The notes beneath the pieces were generated by a model, which was not told where the DNA came from, did not search any database, and saw only the letters and a list, made by a program, of their open reading frames with translations. From an uncultured Bacillota bacterium (lineage in GTDB: Bacteria > Bacillota_I > Bacilli_A > RFN20 > CAG-288): DNA of 64,000 nucleotides. The translations under genes were made by a program, and so were the position numbers. The stretch is from contig CASFYT010000006.1 of the NCBI GenBank assembly GCA_949299015.1, positions 16,457 to 80,456 on the forward strand, written 5' to 3'. Below are positions 8,160-17,341 of the stretch, one piece after another (within the stretch, counting starts at the first letter, position 1; every line of letters starts with the position of its first letter).

Positions 8160-9500
8160 TCAGCGCATTCCGCCCATCATCCGTCGAAGGAGCATGGGGT
8201 TGGATTTCATCATCTTGAGGTTCTTCTGCATCGCCTGATAGCTCTCCAGGACCTGGTTGACGTCCTTGGTCGTCGTCCCCGAGCCGTTGGCGATGCGGAG
8301 CTTGCGGTTGCTCTTGATCATCTCCGGCTTGCGGCGCTCCTCCCTCGTCATCGAGTTGATGATGACCTCCGTCCGCTTGAGCATCCGCTGGGCCTGGTCG
8401 ACCTGGTCCTCGGAAAGCTTCGGGGCTCCGGGAAGCATGGTCAGGATCTTCCGCAGGGGGCCCAGCTTGTTCATCTGCTTCATCATCGAGAGCATGTCGG
8501 TGAGGTCGAACTGGCCGTTCATCAGTCGGCGGCTCGTCTTTTCGGCCTGTCTTTCGTCGATCTTCGCCTGGACTTCCTCGACCAGGGAAACGATGTCTCC
8601 CATGCCGAGGATGCGGGAGGCCATCCGGTCCGGATGGAAGTTCTCGAGGTCTTCCATCTTCTCTCCCGTGCCGGCGTACTTGATGGGGAGCGAGGTGAGC
8701 TTCTTGATGGAGAGGGCCGCGCCGCCGCGCGAGTCGCCGTCGAGCTTGGTCATGACAAGGCCGGTCAGCTTGATCTCCTTGGCGAAGGTCAGGGCGACGT
8801 TGGTCGCGTTCTGGCCGACCATGGAGTCGACCGTCAGGAGCGTCTCGTCGACGGGAACGACTCGTTGGATCTCCTTCAGCTCTTCCATCAGCCGCTCGTC
8901 GATCTCCAGTCGTCCGGCCGTATCGAGGAGGAGGATGTCGAAGTGCTCCGAGAGGGCCTTCTGATAGGCTTCCTTGGCGATCTGCGGGGGAATCTTCTCG
9001 GGGGCGGAGTAGGTCTCGACCGGGGGTTCGCACTTCCGGCCGAGGTTGATGAGCTGCTCGATGGCGGCCGGTCGGTAGACGTCGAGGGCCGCCAGGAGGA
9101 CTTTCTTGTGGTTCTTCCGTTCGTAGAGCTGGGCAAGCTTGGCGGCCGAGGTCGTCTTTCCGGTTCCTTGGAGGCCGACCATCATCAGGACGGTCGGCTT
9201 GCCGTCCATCCGGAAGCAGACGTCGTTGTCTCCGTCGCCCAGAAGCTCCTCCATCTTGTCGTGGACGATCTTGACGACCATGTCGCCGGGAGAGACCTTG
9301 TCGAGGACCTTCTGCCCCAGCGCTTCCGCCTTGACCTCCTGGATGAAGGTCGTGACGACGTCGTAGTTGACGTCCGCCTCCAGAAGGGCCTTCCGGACCT
9401 CCTGGAGCATCTCGTCCATGTTTCTTTCGTTGAGGGTCGCCTGACCGCGGATCTTCTTGACGATCCGTCCGAGGCGATCTCCGAGGGCCTCAAATGCCAT
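8160..9500 (-). CDS. ffh: signal recognition particle protein Ffh
   Basis: Motifs GLQGTGKTT, DTAGRL and TKLDGDSRGG, plus a Met-rich M domain (MLSMMKQMNKLGPL...MMKSNPMLLRRMMGGM). Confidence 0.98.
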   Translation of the reverse strand: MAFEALGDRLGRIVKKIRGQATLNERNMDEMLQEVRKALLEADVNYDVVTTFIQEVKAEALGQKVLDKVSPGDMVVKIVHDKMEELLGDGDNDVCFRMDGKPTVLMMVGLQGTGKTTSAAKLAQLYERKNHKKVLLAALDVYRPAAIEQLINLGRKCEPPVETYSAPEKIPPQIAKEAYQKALSEHFDILLLDTAGRLEIDERLMEELKEIQRVVPVDETLLTVDSMVGQNATNVALTFAKEIKLTGLVMTKLDGDSRGGAALSIKKLTSLPIKYAGTGEKMEDLENFHPDRMASRILGMGDIVSLVEEVQAKIDERQAEKTSRRLMNGQFDLTDMLSMMKQMNKLGPLRKILTMLPGAPKLSEDQVDQAQRMLKRTEVIINSMTREERRKPEMIKSNRKLRIANGSGTTTKDVNQVLESYQAMQKNLKMMKSNPMLLRRMMGGMR

Positions 9501-9834
9501 AATCGAGTTCTCCTTTGATCTGTCGAATGTATTCGTCCCGAATCGACTTCTCTTCTTCCGCCTCGACCTTTTCCAGGAGCGAGGCGATCTTCCTTCCCTT
9601 CTTCAGGAGGGCGAGCCTCTTCTCGAAGTCCAGGAGCGCCTTCTCCCCTTCCTTGATGCTCTGCTGGACGGCGCTTCGCGAGACGGATTCGTTCTGGGCG
9701 ATCTCGCTGAGGGAGAGGTCGGTGAGGTAGAAGTCGCCCAGCCGCCTCTGGATCGTCGGTGAGAGCAGGGGGCCGTAGATCAGGAGCAGGGAGGAAAAGC
9801 GCTCCTTGCTCGTCAGGATGTCCTTCCGTTCCAT
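9490..9834 (-). CDS. ylxM: YlxM/p13-like DNA-binding protein (UPF0122)
   Basis: DFYLTDLSLSEIAQNESVSRSAVQQSIK is a sigma-70 region-4-like HTH. The position upstream of ffh is conserved. Confidence 0.9.
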   Translation of the reverse strand: MERKDILTSKERFSSLLLIYGPLLSPTIQRRLGDFYLTDLSLSEIAQNESVSRSAVQQSIKEGEKALLDFEKRLALLKKGRKIASLLEKVEAEEEKSIRDEYIRQIKGELDYGI

Positions 9835-9835
9835 C

Positions 9836-10093
9836 TCAGCCTTGCAGGACGAAGAGGAGCATGTCCAGCAGCAGGAGGACCAGGGCCGTCGCCAGGAACG
9901 TCACCCAGAAGAAGCGCTGGCGATAGAAATGACGGCGGTCGGCCCGCGTGTTCATGATGGCGACCAGGAGGGCGAGGACCAGGGAGCAGATCATCGTCGC
10001 AAGGTAGTAGTTTCCGCCGAGGGCCGTGACGATGAAGGAGACGAAGGAGTTCAGGAGAAGGCACACGACGATCCAGATCAAGAAAGAGCCCAT
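9836..10093 (-). CDS. small integral membrane protein (3 predicted TM)
   Basis: The 85-aa sequence is hydrophobic. It is packed tightly between ftsY and ylxM with 1-2 nt gaps. Confidence 0.65.
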   Translation of the reverse strand: MGSFLIWIVVCLLLNSFVSFIVTALGGNYYLATMICSLVLALLVAIMNTRADRRHFYRQRFFWVTFLATALVLLLLDMLLFVLQG

Positions 10094-10094
10094 G

Positions 10095-11762
10095 TCATTC
10101 CTCCTCGTCTCCGATCAGGAGACCGTAGAGATACTTGTCGAGGTCGAATTCCTCGAGGTCCTGCATCTTCTCTCCCAGGCCGATGAAGCGGACCGGGAGC
10201 GAGAGCTGCTTGCGGATGGCCAAGAGGATGCCGCCCTTGCTGGTCCCGTCCATCTTGGTGATGACGATGCCCGTCAGCGGGACGGATTCCTTGAAGACCT
10301 TGGCCTGGTCGATGCCGTTCTGGCCCGTGTTGGCGTCGATGACGAGCAGGGATTCGTGCGGCGCCTCCGGAAGGACCTTTTTCATGACGCGGACGACCTT
10401 GCTCAGCTCGTCCATCAGCGCCTTCTTGTTCTGGAGGCGTCCGGCCGTGTCGACGAAGACGAGGTCGTAGCGCTCCTCCTTGGCCTTCTTCAGGGCGTCG
10501 AAGCAGAGCGAGGCGGGATCGGAAAGGGGACGGGAAAGGATGTCCACGCCGACCCGCTGGGCCCAGTAGGTCAGCTGTTCCACGGCGCCGGCGCGGAAGG
10601 TGTCCGCGGCGACGAGAAGGACCTTCTTTCCCCGGTCCTTGTACTTCTTGGCGAGCTTGGCCGTCGTCGTCGTCTTTCCGCCGCCGTTGACGCCGCACAT
10701 GAAGACGACCGTCGGTCCGTCCGCCGCCAGCTCGAGGTCGGTCTTGAAGGACCCGCCTTCGTTGGCGTAGCCGATGAACATCTTGTCGATCAGGAGGTCG
10801 TTGAGCGCTTCGGGGCTCTCGATCTTCTGCAGGGCGGCCTCGCTGGCCGTCTCGCGGATGAGCTCCAGGGAGAGGTCGACGCCCACGTCGGCCTCGATGA
10901 GGATGCGTTCGAGCTGGTCGAAGTACTCCCGGTTGACGACCTTGTTGCGCGCCGCCAGCTTCTTCATCCGGTCGGTGAAGCCCATGCGGGACTTGTCGAG
11001 TCCGGCGATGTACTTGTCCATGACCTGGGCCTCGGTCTCCTCGGGCGCGGGAGCGTCCGGCTTTTCCTTCTCGGGTTCCGGAGCGCTTTCCTTCTGGGGA
11101 ATCGCCGCTTCCTCCGAAGGGCCGAAAGAAGGGGGGACGAGAGAGGAATCCTGTTTCGGTTCTTCGGGGATGGATTCGACTTCCTTCGGCTCCTCGAAGG
11201 ATTCGGCTTCCTTTTCCTGCAAAGGAATTTCTGCTGTGGAAGTTCCTTCCTCTTCGTGGGCTTGATTCGTCAAGACGATCTCTTCTTCGACCGGAGGGCG
11301 CTCCTCCTTCTGGGCGGATTCGCCTTGAGGGACGGTCTCCTCCTTTTTGCCTTCCGCTTCGGGGATGGTCTTCTCCTCGAGAGGGGAAACGTCCTCCTCT
11401 TTCGTCGGGAAATCCCTTGGAAGATCCTCTTCTTCCTCCGGGAGGTCCAAGGTGGGGAGAACCTCTTCCTCGAGCCCTTTCTCCGCTTCCGGCTCGGATT
11501 CCGAGGGGAGCGTCGGCGCCCTTTCCTCCGTCTCTTCTTCGCCTTCGTCCTGTGGGACCTGGGCCGTGGAGGAAGGGACGGTTTCCGCCGTCCGATCTTC
11601 TGCGGAAGGAACGGGGGCGGGGAGGGAGGAGGCCGGTTGGCCTTCCTCTTTCTCGCCATCCTCCTGTTCTTCCGGGACGGAGGCCTCTTCCTTGGGCTCG
11701 TCCTTCTTCTTCTCCTCTTTCCAGCGGGAGAACTTCTGCTTCAGAAAATTGATCAGTCCCAT
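10095..11762 (-). CDS. ftsY: SRP receptor FtsY with a ~245-aa acidic E/P-rich N-terminal extension
   Basis: Motifs GVNGGGKTTT, DTAGRLQNK and TKMDGTSKGG. I prefer the ATG at 11762 (TAGGTG SD 6 nt upstream) to the track's GTG at 11771. Confidence 0.95.
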   Translation of the reverse strand: MGLINFLKQKFSRWKEEKKKDEPKEEASVPEEQEDGEKEEGQPASSLPAPVPSAEDRTAETVPSSTAQVPQDEGEEETEERAPTLPSESEPEAEKGLEEEVLPTLDLPEEEEDLPRDFPTKEEDVSPLEEKTIPEAEGKKEETVPQGESAQKEERPPVEEEIVLTNQAHEEEGTSTAEIPLQEKEAESFEEPKEVESIPEEPKQDSSLVPPSFGPSEEAAIPQKESAPEPEKEKPDAPAPEETEAQVMDKYIAGLDKSRMGFTDRMKKLAARNKVVNREYFDQLERILIEADVGVDLSLELIRETASEAALQKIESPEALNDLLIDKMFIGYANEGGSFKTDLELAADGPTVVFMCGVNGGGKTTTTAKLAKKYKDRGKKVLLVAADTFRAGAVEQLTYWAQRVGVDILSRPLSDPASLCFDALKKAKEERYDLVFVDTAGRLQNKKALMDELSKVVRVMKKVLPEAPHESLLVIDANTGQNGIDQAKVFKESVPLTGIVITKMDGTSKGGILLAIRKQLSLPVRFIGLGEKMQDLEEFDLDKYLYGLLIGDEEE

Positions 11763-11763
11763 G

Positions 11764-12444
11764 TTATTCACCTACTCTCTTGGAAAGGGCGTCCCTGGCC
11801 GCGTTCATCTCGGCCTCCTTCGTGTTGTGTCCGACGCCCGTCCCCAGGACGGTTCCCTGAATCTGGGCGTTGACGCGATACGAGACGTCGGGGGAATTGA
11901 GGTTGCTCTGCTCCACCAGGATGTATTCGATGTTGCTCTGGAGAAGCTCCTGGAGCCTGGTCTTGGGATCGGACTCCTCCATCCGGCGGAGGAGGTCCGG
12001 AAGCAAGGGGGCGTAGACGTCGATGAGGAGGCGGCGCACGAAGGCGAATCCCTGGTCGAGGTAGCAGGCGCCGACGAAGGCCTCGAAGATGTCCTCGTCG
12101 ATGTGGCGGTGGAAGCGGGTGTTCCCCCGCTCGCCGACCGAATAGCGGACCAAGGGGGCGAAGCCGAAGCGTTCCTCGGAGAACTGGGTCAGGGTCTTGC
12201 CTTCGATCAGGACGGAGCGGGCCTTGCTCATCGCACCGGAATCCATCTCGGGATAGCGGCGGTAGAGCTCTTCCGCGATGACCATGTCCAGAATGGCGTC
12301 GCCCAGGAATTCCAGCCGGTCGTAGGAGGGGCACTCGGGATGCTCGTTGGTATAGGAGGCGTGGGTAAAGGCCGTCTCGTAGAGGGAGATGTCGTGCGGC
12401 TCGATGGAGAACTGCTTCAGAACGGAGGACAGCCCGTCAATCAT
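11764..12444 (-). CDS. rnc: ribonuclease III
   Basis: ERLEFLGDAILD is the RNase III signature. A dsRBD C-terminus is present. Confidence 0.96.
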   Translation of the reverse strand: MIDGLSSVLKQFSIEPHDISLYETAFTHASYTNEHPECPSYDRLEFLGDAILDMVIAEELYRRYPEMDSGAMSKARSVLIEGKTLTQFSEERFGFAPLVRYSVGERGNTRFHRHIDEDIFEAFVGACYLDQGFAFVRRLLIDVYAPLLPDLLRRMEESDPKTRLQELLQSNIEYILVEQSNLNSPDVSYRVNAQIQGTVLGTGVGHNTKEAEMNAARDALSKRVGE

Positions 12445-13423
12445 TCTGCATGCTCCCGATCTTCTCGACGATGCGGGCCTCGACCATCCGCCGGGCGACG
12501 TCGATGGCGTTGTAGAAGGCGTAGGAATCGGAATTCCCGTGTCCCTTGACGGCGACGCCGTTGACGCCGAGGAGGATCGCGCCTCCGTATTTCTTGTAGT
12601 CCATGTTCTCTCGCATCTCCTGGAACCCAGGCTTGGCGAAGAGGTATCCGATCTTGGTCTTGAGGTTCTTGAGGAAGGCCTTCTTGATGAGCTTGTTCAT
12701 CATCGCGGCCGTCCCTTCGGTGGACTTGAGGAGGATGTTGCCGGCAAAGCCCGTCGTGACGATGACGTCGTGCTTTCCGTCGAGGACCTCGCGGGCCTCG
12801 GTGTTTCCCATGAATCCCGGGAAGTCCGTCTCCTTCATCTGCCGATAGGCGTCGACGACTTCGTCGGTTCCCTTTCCTTCCTCGATGCCGTTGGAGAGGG
12901 TGTAGACGGTCGGACGGGCGACGTGGAGGACTTCCCTGGCGTAGATGGTGCCCATCTTGGCGAAGCAGACCAGGTCGGCTCCCGTGTTGACGTTGTTGGC
13001 GCCGACGTCGAGGATGACCGCCGCCTTGCGCGGGTCGAGCGTCGGGAAGGCGGCGCAAAGCCCCGCCCTCGTCACGCCCTCGATGTTCCTGAGAAGGATC
13101 GTCGCGCCCGAGATGAAGCCTCCGGTCGAGCCGGCCGAGACGACGCCTTGGCAGCGCTCCTCCTGGACGGCTTCGATCGCCTTGTACATCGAGGAATCCC
13201 TCCGGCGGAGGAAGTCGAGCGGCTTGACCTCCATCGGGACGATCTCGGTCGTGTGGACGACGCGGATGCGCTCTTTCCCCTGCAGGAGGGGAAGGAGGAC
13301 CTTCTCGTCGCCGAAGCAGGTGAAGGAGACCTCCGGATGCTCCTTGGCATATTTCAGGACGGACTGGGCCAGCGTCTCGGGGCCTTTGTCGGAGCCCATC
13401 ATGTCCACGGCTAATTCGATCAT
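12437..13423 (-). CDS. plsX: phosphate acyltransferase PlsX
   Basis: Starts MIELAVDMMGSDKGPE. The ATG at 13423 has a GAGGTG SD, whereas the track start at 13432 is a GTG inside that SD. Confidence 0.95.
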   Translation of the reverse strand: MIELAVDMMGSDKGPETLAQSVLKYAKEHPEVSFTCFGDEKVLLPLLQGKERIRVVHTTEIVPMEVKPLDFLRRRDSSMYKAIEAVQEERCQGVVSAGSTGGFISGATILLRNIEGVTRAGLCAAFPTLDPRKAAVILDVGANNVNTGADLVCFAKMGTIYAREVLHVARPTVYTLSNGIEEGKGTDEVVDAYRQMKETDFPGFMGNTEAREVLDGKHDVIVTTGFAGNILLKSTEGTAAMMNKLIKKAFLKNLKTKIGYLFAKPGFQEMRENMDYKKYGGAILLGVNGVAVKGHGNSDSYAFYNAIDVARRMVEARIVEKIGSMQND

Positions 13424-13463
13424 GGCAAACACCTCATTTCTTGTTACGAATATATATCATAGC

Positions 13464-13497
13464 AAAAAAGACCTGTCGACAGAGACGAAAACGTCTC
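13464..13497 (-). terminator. terminator after recG
   Basis: The minus strand reads GAGACG-TTTT-CGTCTC, then CTGTCGACAG, then T6. It lies about 30 nt after the recG stop. Confidence 0.65.
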
Positions 13498-13525
13498 ATC
13501 GAAAGGAAGGGCCTGTCCCAGGGGG

Positions 13526-15499
13526 TCAGATGAGGTTGGTCTCCTCCTTGGGGAGGAGGCGGAGATAGCGGGCGTTCTCCTCTTCCTCGGCGTTTCGGAG
13601 AATCTCCGCCGCGTCCTCCTTGGCGGCGAAGAAGATCTTGAAGTCCTTGACGAAGTTGCAGACCTGGAGCTCGCTTTGCCCCGACTGCCTTTCGCCGGAA
13701 TAGGAGCCGGCGCCGCGCATGGAGAGGTCGTATTCGCTGATGCGGAACCCGTCGTCGCAGCGGCTGAGGAAGTCCAGCTTGTCCTGGCTGTCCTTGTCGA
13801 ATCCGTCGTAGACGAGCAGGGCGAGGGCAAAGTCGCCGGAGCGCCCGATCCGGCCGCGCAGCTGATGGAGGCTGGAGAGGCCGAAGCAGTTGGCGTCGTA
13901 GACGACGAGCAGGGCCGCCTTCGAGACGTCGATGCCGACTTCGACGATGGTCGTGGCGACGAGGATCTTCTTCTCACCGGAGAGGAAGCGCCGATAGATC
14001 TCCTTCTGCTCGTCCTTCTTGATCCGCCCGTGGAGAAGCTGGCATTCCCCGGGATAGCGTTCGTCCATCTCCCGATGGATGGCTTCGGCAGAGGCTCTCC
14101 CCTCCTCGCCCTCGATCTTGGGGGCGACGACGAAGATCTGTCGCCCGACGGCGAGGCACTTGGCGATGGCCTGGTGGAGGATCGGATCGGTCGAACGAAT
14201 GACTTTCGTCTTTACATTTCGTTTTCCAAATGGATATTGCTCCAAAGTAGAAACGTCGATATCTGAATTGACAACCTGAGACAATGTGCGTGGGATTGGC
14301 GTTGCTGTCACCATGAGGAGATCGCTGTCTCCCTTCTGGAGGAGTTGATCCCTCTGTCGGACGCCGAAGAGCTGCTGTTCGTCGATGATGGCCAGGCCCA
14401 GGTCCTGGAACTGGATCTTCTCGGACAGGGCGGCGTGGGTGGCGACGAGGACGGAGACCTCCCCTTCCCGAAGTCGCCGGAGGATCTCCCTTCTCTCCTT
14501 GGCGCTCAGCGCCACTCCGCTGGCGAGGAAGGCGACGGAGAGCCCCGTCTCCTGGAAGAAGGAGAGGGCGTTCCTGTAGTGCTGGCTGGCGAGTTCGAAG
14601 GTCGGGGCCATCAGGACGCCCTGGCGGTGGCGAAGGGCGTTGGCGTAGAGGGCGAGGAGGGAGACGATGGTCTTCCCCGTCCCGACGTCCCCCTGGAGCA
14701 GGCGGTACATCACCTTGCTCCCCTCCATGTCCAGGACGATCTCGCGGATGGCGACGACCTGGTCGTGCGTCAGGTGGTAGGGAAGGCTCTTGATCTTCGC
14801 GTTGATCTTCCGGTGGTCGATGGGAAGGGAGACGCTTTTCTTTCTTCCCTCGGCCTTCTTTCGGAGCATCAGGGAACGGACGGCATAGCTGAGCGCCTCC
14901 TCGTACTTGAAGACCCGGAGCCCCCGCCGGAGCTCCTCGTCCGTCCGCGGGAAATGGACCGCCCGGAAGGCATCCTTCTCCTTCATCAGGCGATACTTCT
15001 CGACCAGGCGCCCGGGAAGGGGAGAGGCGACGTCGTCGGCCTCGCCACCCGGCATCAGGATTTTTCGCAGGTAACTCGAGAAATAGGATTGGCTGATCCC
15101 CTTGGGCAGGCTGTAGACGGGCCGGATGCCCGTCTGGGCGAAGTAGGATTCGCTGTCGTGGATGGAGAGGACCAGGTAGGCCTTCCTGGCCTCGGAATAG
15201 CTCATGACGAAAAGCAGCTCCTGGCCCTTGTAGAGCTTGGGGAGGTAGAAGGCCTGGTTGCAGAGGAGCGCCGGGAGGTTGGATACGTCGGACTTGATGC
15301 GGAAGCGGACGATGCTCGTGCCGCGTGCCGTGACGGACTTGACCTGGAAGGGATATCCGCGCAGGACGAAGCGCTCGTGGTCCTTGGGGGCCTGGACGTT
15401 TCCGCAGGGAAGCAGGGATTCGTAGCGGACGGGAAAGTGGCGCAGGACGTCCTCGACGCCGTGGGCCTTCAGGAGGCGGTAGAGGTCAGGAACGTTCAT
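13526..15499 (-). CDS. recG: ATP-dependent DNA helicase RecG
   Basis: Motifs GDVGTGKT and DEQQLFG, plus TATPIPRT and a wedge-domain N-terminus. Confidence 0.96.
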   Translation of the reverse strand: MNVPDLYRLLKAHGVEDVLRHFPVRYESLLPCGNVQAPKDHERFVLRGYPFQVKSVTARGTSIVRFRIKSDVSNLPALLCNQAFYLPKLYKGQELLFVMSYSEARKAYLVLSIHDSESYFAQTGIRPVYSLPKGISQSYFSSYLRKILMPGGEADDVASPLPGRLVEKYRLMKEKDAFRAVHFPRTDEELRRGLRVFKYEEALSYAVRSLMLRKKAEGRKKSVSLPIDHRKINAKIKSLPYHLTHDQVVAIREIVLDMEGSKVMYRLLQGDVGTGKTIVSLLALYANALRHRQGVLMAPTFELASQHYRNALSFFQETGLSVAFLASGVALSAKERREILRRLREGEVSVLVATHAALSEKIQFQDLGLAIIDEQQLFGVRQRDQLLQKGDSDLLMVTATPIPRTLSQVVNSDIDVSTLEQYPFGKRNVKTKVIRSTDPILHQAIAKCLAVGRQIFVVAPKIEGEEGRASAEAIHREMDERYPGECQLLHGRIKKDEQKEIYRRFLSGEKKILVATTIVEVGIDVSKAALLVVYDANCFGLSSLHQLRGRIGRSGDFALALLVYDGFDKDSQDKLDFLSRCDDGFRISEYDLSMRGAGSYSGERQSGQSELQVCNFVKDFKIFFAAKEDAAEILRNAEEEENARYLRLLPKEETNLI

Positions 15500-15887
15500 C
15501 TTTCTGGGCTTGGATGGATGCCAGGGCCTGGAAGGTCTCCTCGTGGAGGACGTGCTCGATGCGGCAGGCGTCCGTCTCGGCGATTTCGCCGTCGACGCCC
15601 AGGGAGACGAAGAGCCGGGTCAGGATCTTGTGTCGGTTGAGGGTGTTCTCCGCACGCCGCCTTCCCTCGGGAGTGAGGAGCAGGACGCCCTTCTCTCCCA
15701 CGTCGAGGTATCCGTTCTGGCACAGCAGGTGCACGGCGCGGGAAATCGCGGGCCGGGAATACCCGAAGGCGGCGGCCAGGTCGACGCTGCGGCAGCTCTT
15801 TCCTTCCTTGGAGAGCATCAGGATCTTCTCGAGGTAGTCCTCCCCCGATTCGTGGAGAGGCGACTGGTTTTCGATTTTCGTGTTCAT
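15486..15887 (-). CDS. DtxR/MntR-family metal-dependent transcriptional regulator
   Basis: Internal ATG at 15887. SGEDYLEKILMLSKEGKSCRSVDLAAAFGYSRPAISRAVHLL is the winged HTH. It overlaps the recG start by 14 nt. Confidence 0.85.
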   Translation of the reverse strand: MNTKIENQSPLHESGEDYLEKILMLSKEGKSCRSVDLAAAFGYSRPAISRAVHLLCQNGYLDVGEKGVLLLTPEGRRRAENTLNRHKILTRLFVSLGVDGEIAETDACRIEHVLHEETFQALASIQAQKDERS

Positions 15888-15985
15888 TTGAACAGCATTA
15901 TAGCACAGGCGAAGGCGAGGGGATTTCGGGAACGCAAAAAAGGGTCGCCCGAGCGACCCTGTTGCACGTTTCGATCGGAAAAGGC

Positions 15986-16210
15986 CTACTTCTGCGCCTT
16001 CTTCGCCTCGCTGTCCTTGATCTTGCGGTTGAACTTGGCGACGCGGCCCGTGTCCGCCGCGAAGGTCAGCTTGCCCGTGTAGAAGCTGTGGCAGTGGGAG
16101 CAGGTATCGACCTTGATCTCCGGAAGGGTCGAACCCGTCTCGAAGGTGTTGCCGCAGGTCATGCAGGTCACCTTGGTGCGATAATATTTCGGATGGATGT
16201 CGTTCTTCAT
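15986..16210 (-). CDS. rpmE: 50S ribosomal protein L31 (Zn-ribbon type)
   Basis: MKNDIHPKYY...CMTCG...CSHCHSFYTGK, 74 aa. It is the in-frame tail of a 440-aa artefactual ORF in the track. Confidence 0.96.
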   Translation of the reverse strand: MKNDIHPKYYRTKVTCMTCGNTFETGSTLPEIKVDTCSHCHSFYTGKLTFAADTGRVAKFNRKIKDSEAKKAQK

Positions 16211-16492
16211 CTTCAGAGTCCTCCTCGACTTTCCCACCTTGGCGGAGATACCGACAAGGCAACAGGTAATATACTCTTTTTCTCCTCCTTCTTCAAGAGA
16301 GAATCGGTTTTTTTCGTCCCCGAGAGGAGTTCTTCCGCCCCGGGAGGAGTACGCCGCTTCTCCTTTGGGAGCGGCAGAAGAGGTCCCTTTTCCTCCACCC
16401 CAAGGAGAGCGAGAAAGATGGCTGTCAAAAAGCACAACGGATTTCTGATATAATGGAGGAAATCCAACGACGGCACTGACGAGGTGAGAAAC

Positions 16493-17341
16493 ATGGCAAA
16501 GAAAACGAAGATCGCCCTTCTCTACGATTTCGACAAGACGCTGTGCACGACCGACATGCAGAACTACACCTTCATCCCGTCCCTCAACATCCACCCCCAG
16601 GAGTTCTGGGAGGAATGCAACCGCTTCTCGCGAAAGCACCACATGGATCCCCTCCTGGTCTACATGTACCAGATGATCCAGTGGGCCAAGGAGAAGAACC
16701 TTCCCATCAACCGTGAGGCCTTCGTCTCCATGGGGAAGGGGATCCAGTACTTCCCCGGCGTCACGAACTGGTTTCCGCGCATCGACGAGTTCGGAAAGGA
16801 ACTCGGGGTGAGCATCGAGCACTACGTCATCTCGTCGGGAAACCGTGAGATCATCGAAGGATCCGAGATCTACCCCTACTTCAAGAAGGTCTTCGCCTGC
16901 GAATTCCTCTACGTCGACGACAAGGCGGTCTGGCCCAAGAGCGTCGTGAACTACACGACGAAGACGCAGTTCCTCTTCCGCATCAACAAGGGCGTCCTCG
17001 ACATCTCGGAGAACCAGAAGGTCAACGAGCCGACCCCGGACAGCGAGCGCATCGTCCCCTTCCGCAACATGATCTACATCGCCGACGGGCTGACGGACGT
17101 CCCCTGCATGAAGCTCGTCCGCGAGAAGGGCGGGTGCTCCATCGCCGTCTACGCACCGGGAAAGATGCCGCAGGCCAAGCAGCTCTTCGACGACAACCGC
17201 GTCGACTTCATGGCGATGGCCGATTACCGCAGCAACAGCGACCTCGACAAGATCGTCCGGCTCCTGGTCCGGAAGATGGCCATCCAGGACGAGCTGGTCC
17301 GCATTCACAACAAGCAGGCGAGCCGCCCGCTCGACGACTGA
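16493..17341 (+). CDS. HAD-superfamily hydrolase
   Basis: ALLYDFDKTLC is the DxD motif I, and YIADGLTDVPCM is motif IV. GAGGTG RBS. Confidence 0.8.
   Translation: MAKKTKIALLYDFDKTLCTTDMQNYTFIPSLNIHPQEFWEECNRFSRKHHMDPLLVYMYQMIQWAKEKNLPINREAFVSMGKGIQYFPGVTNWFPRIDEFGKELGVSIEHYVISSGNREIIEGSEIYPYFKKVFACEFLYVDDKAVWPKSVVNYTTKTQFLFRINKGVLDISENQKVNEPTPDSERIVPFRNMIYIADGLTDVPCMKLVREKGGCSIAVYAPGKMPQAKQLFDDNRVDFMAMADYRSNSDLDKIVRLLVRKMAIQDELVRIHNKQASRPLDD

Noticed and set aside
16213-16494. A 93-aa minus-strand ORF (and the 83-aa plus ORF 16197-16448) in the rpmE/HAD spacer.
   Set aside because: It has low-complexity K/E/P/L composition, no SD, and overlaps the HAD start codon and the rpmE start region. 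It is more likely non-coding spacer.
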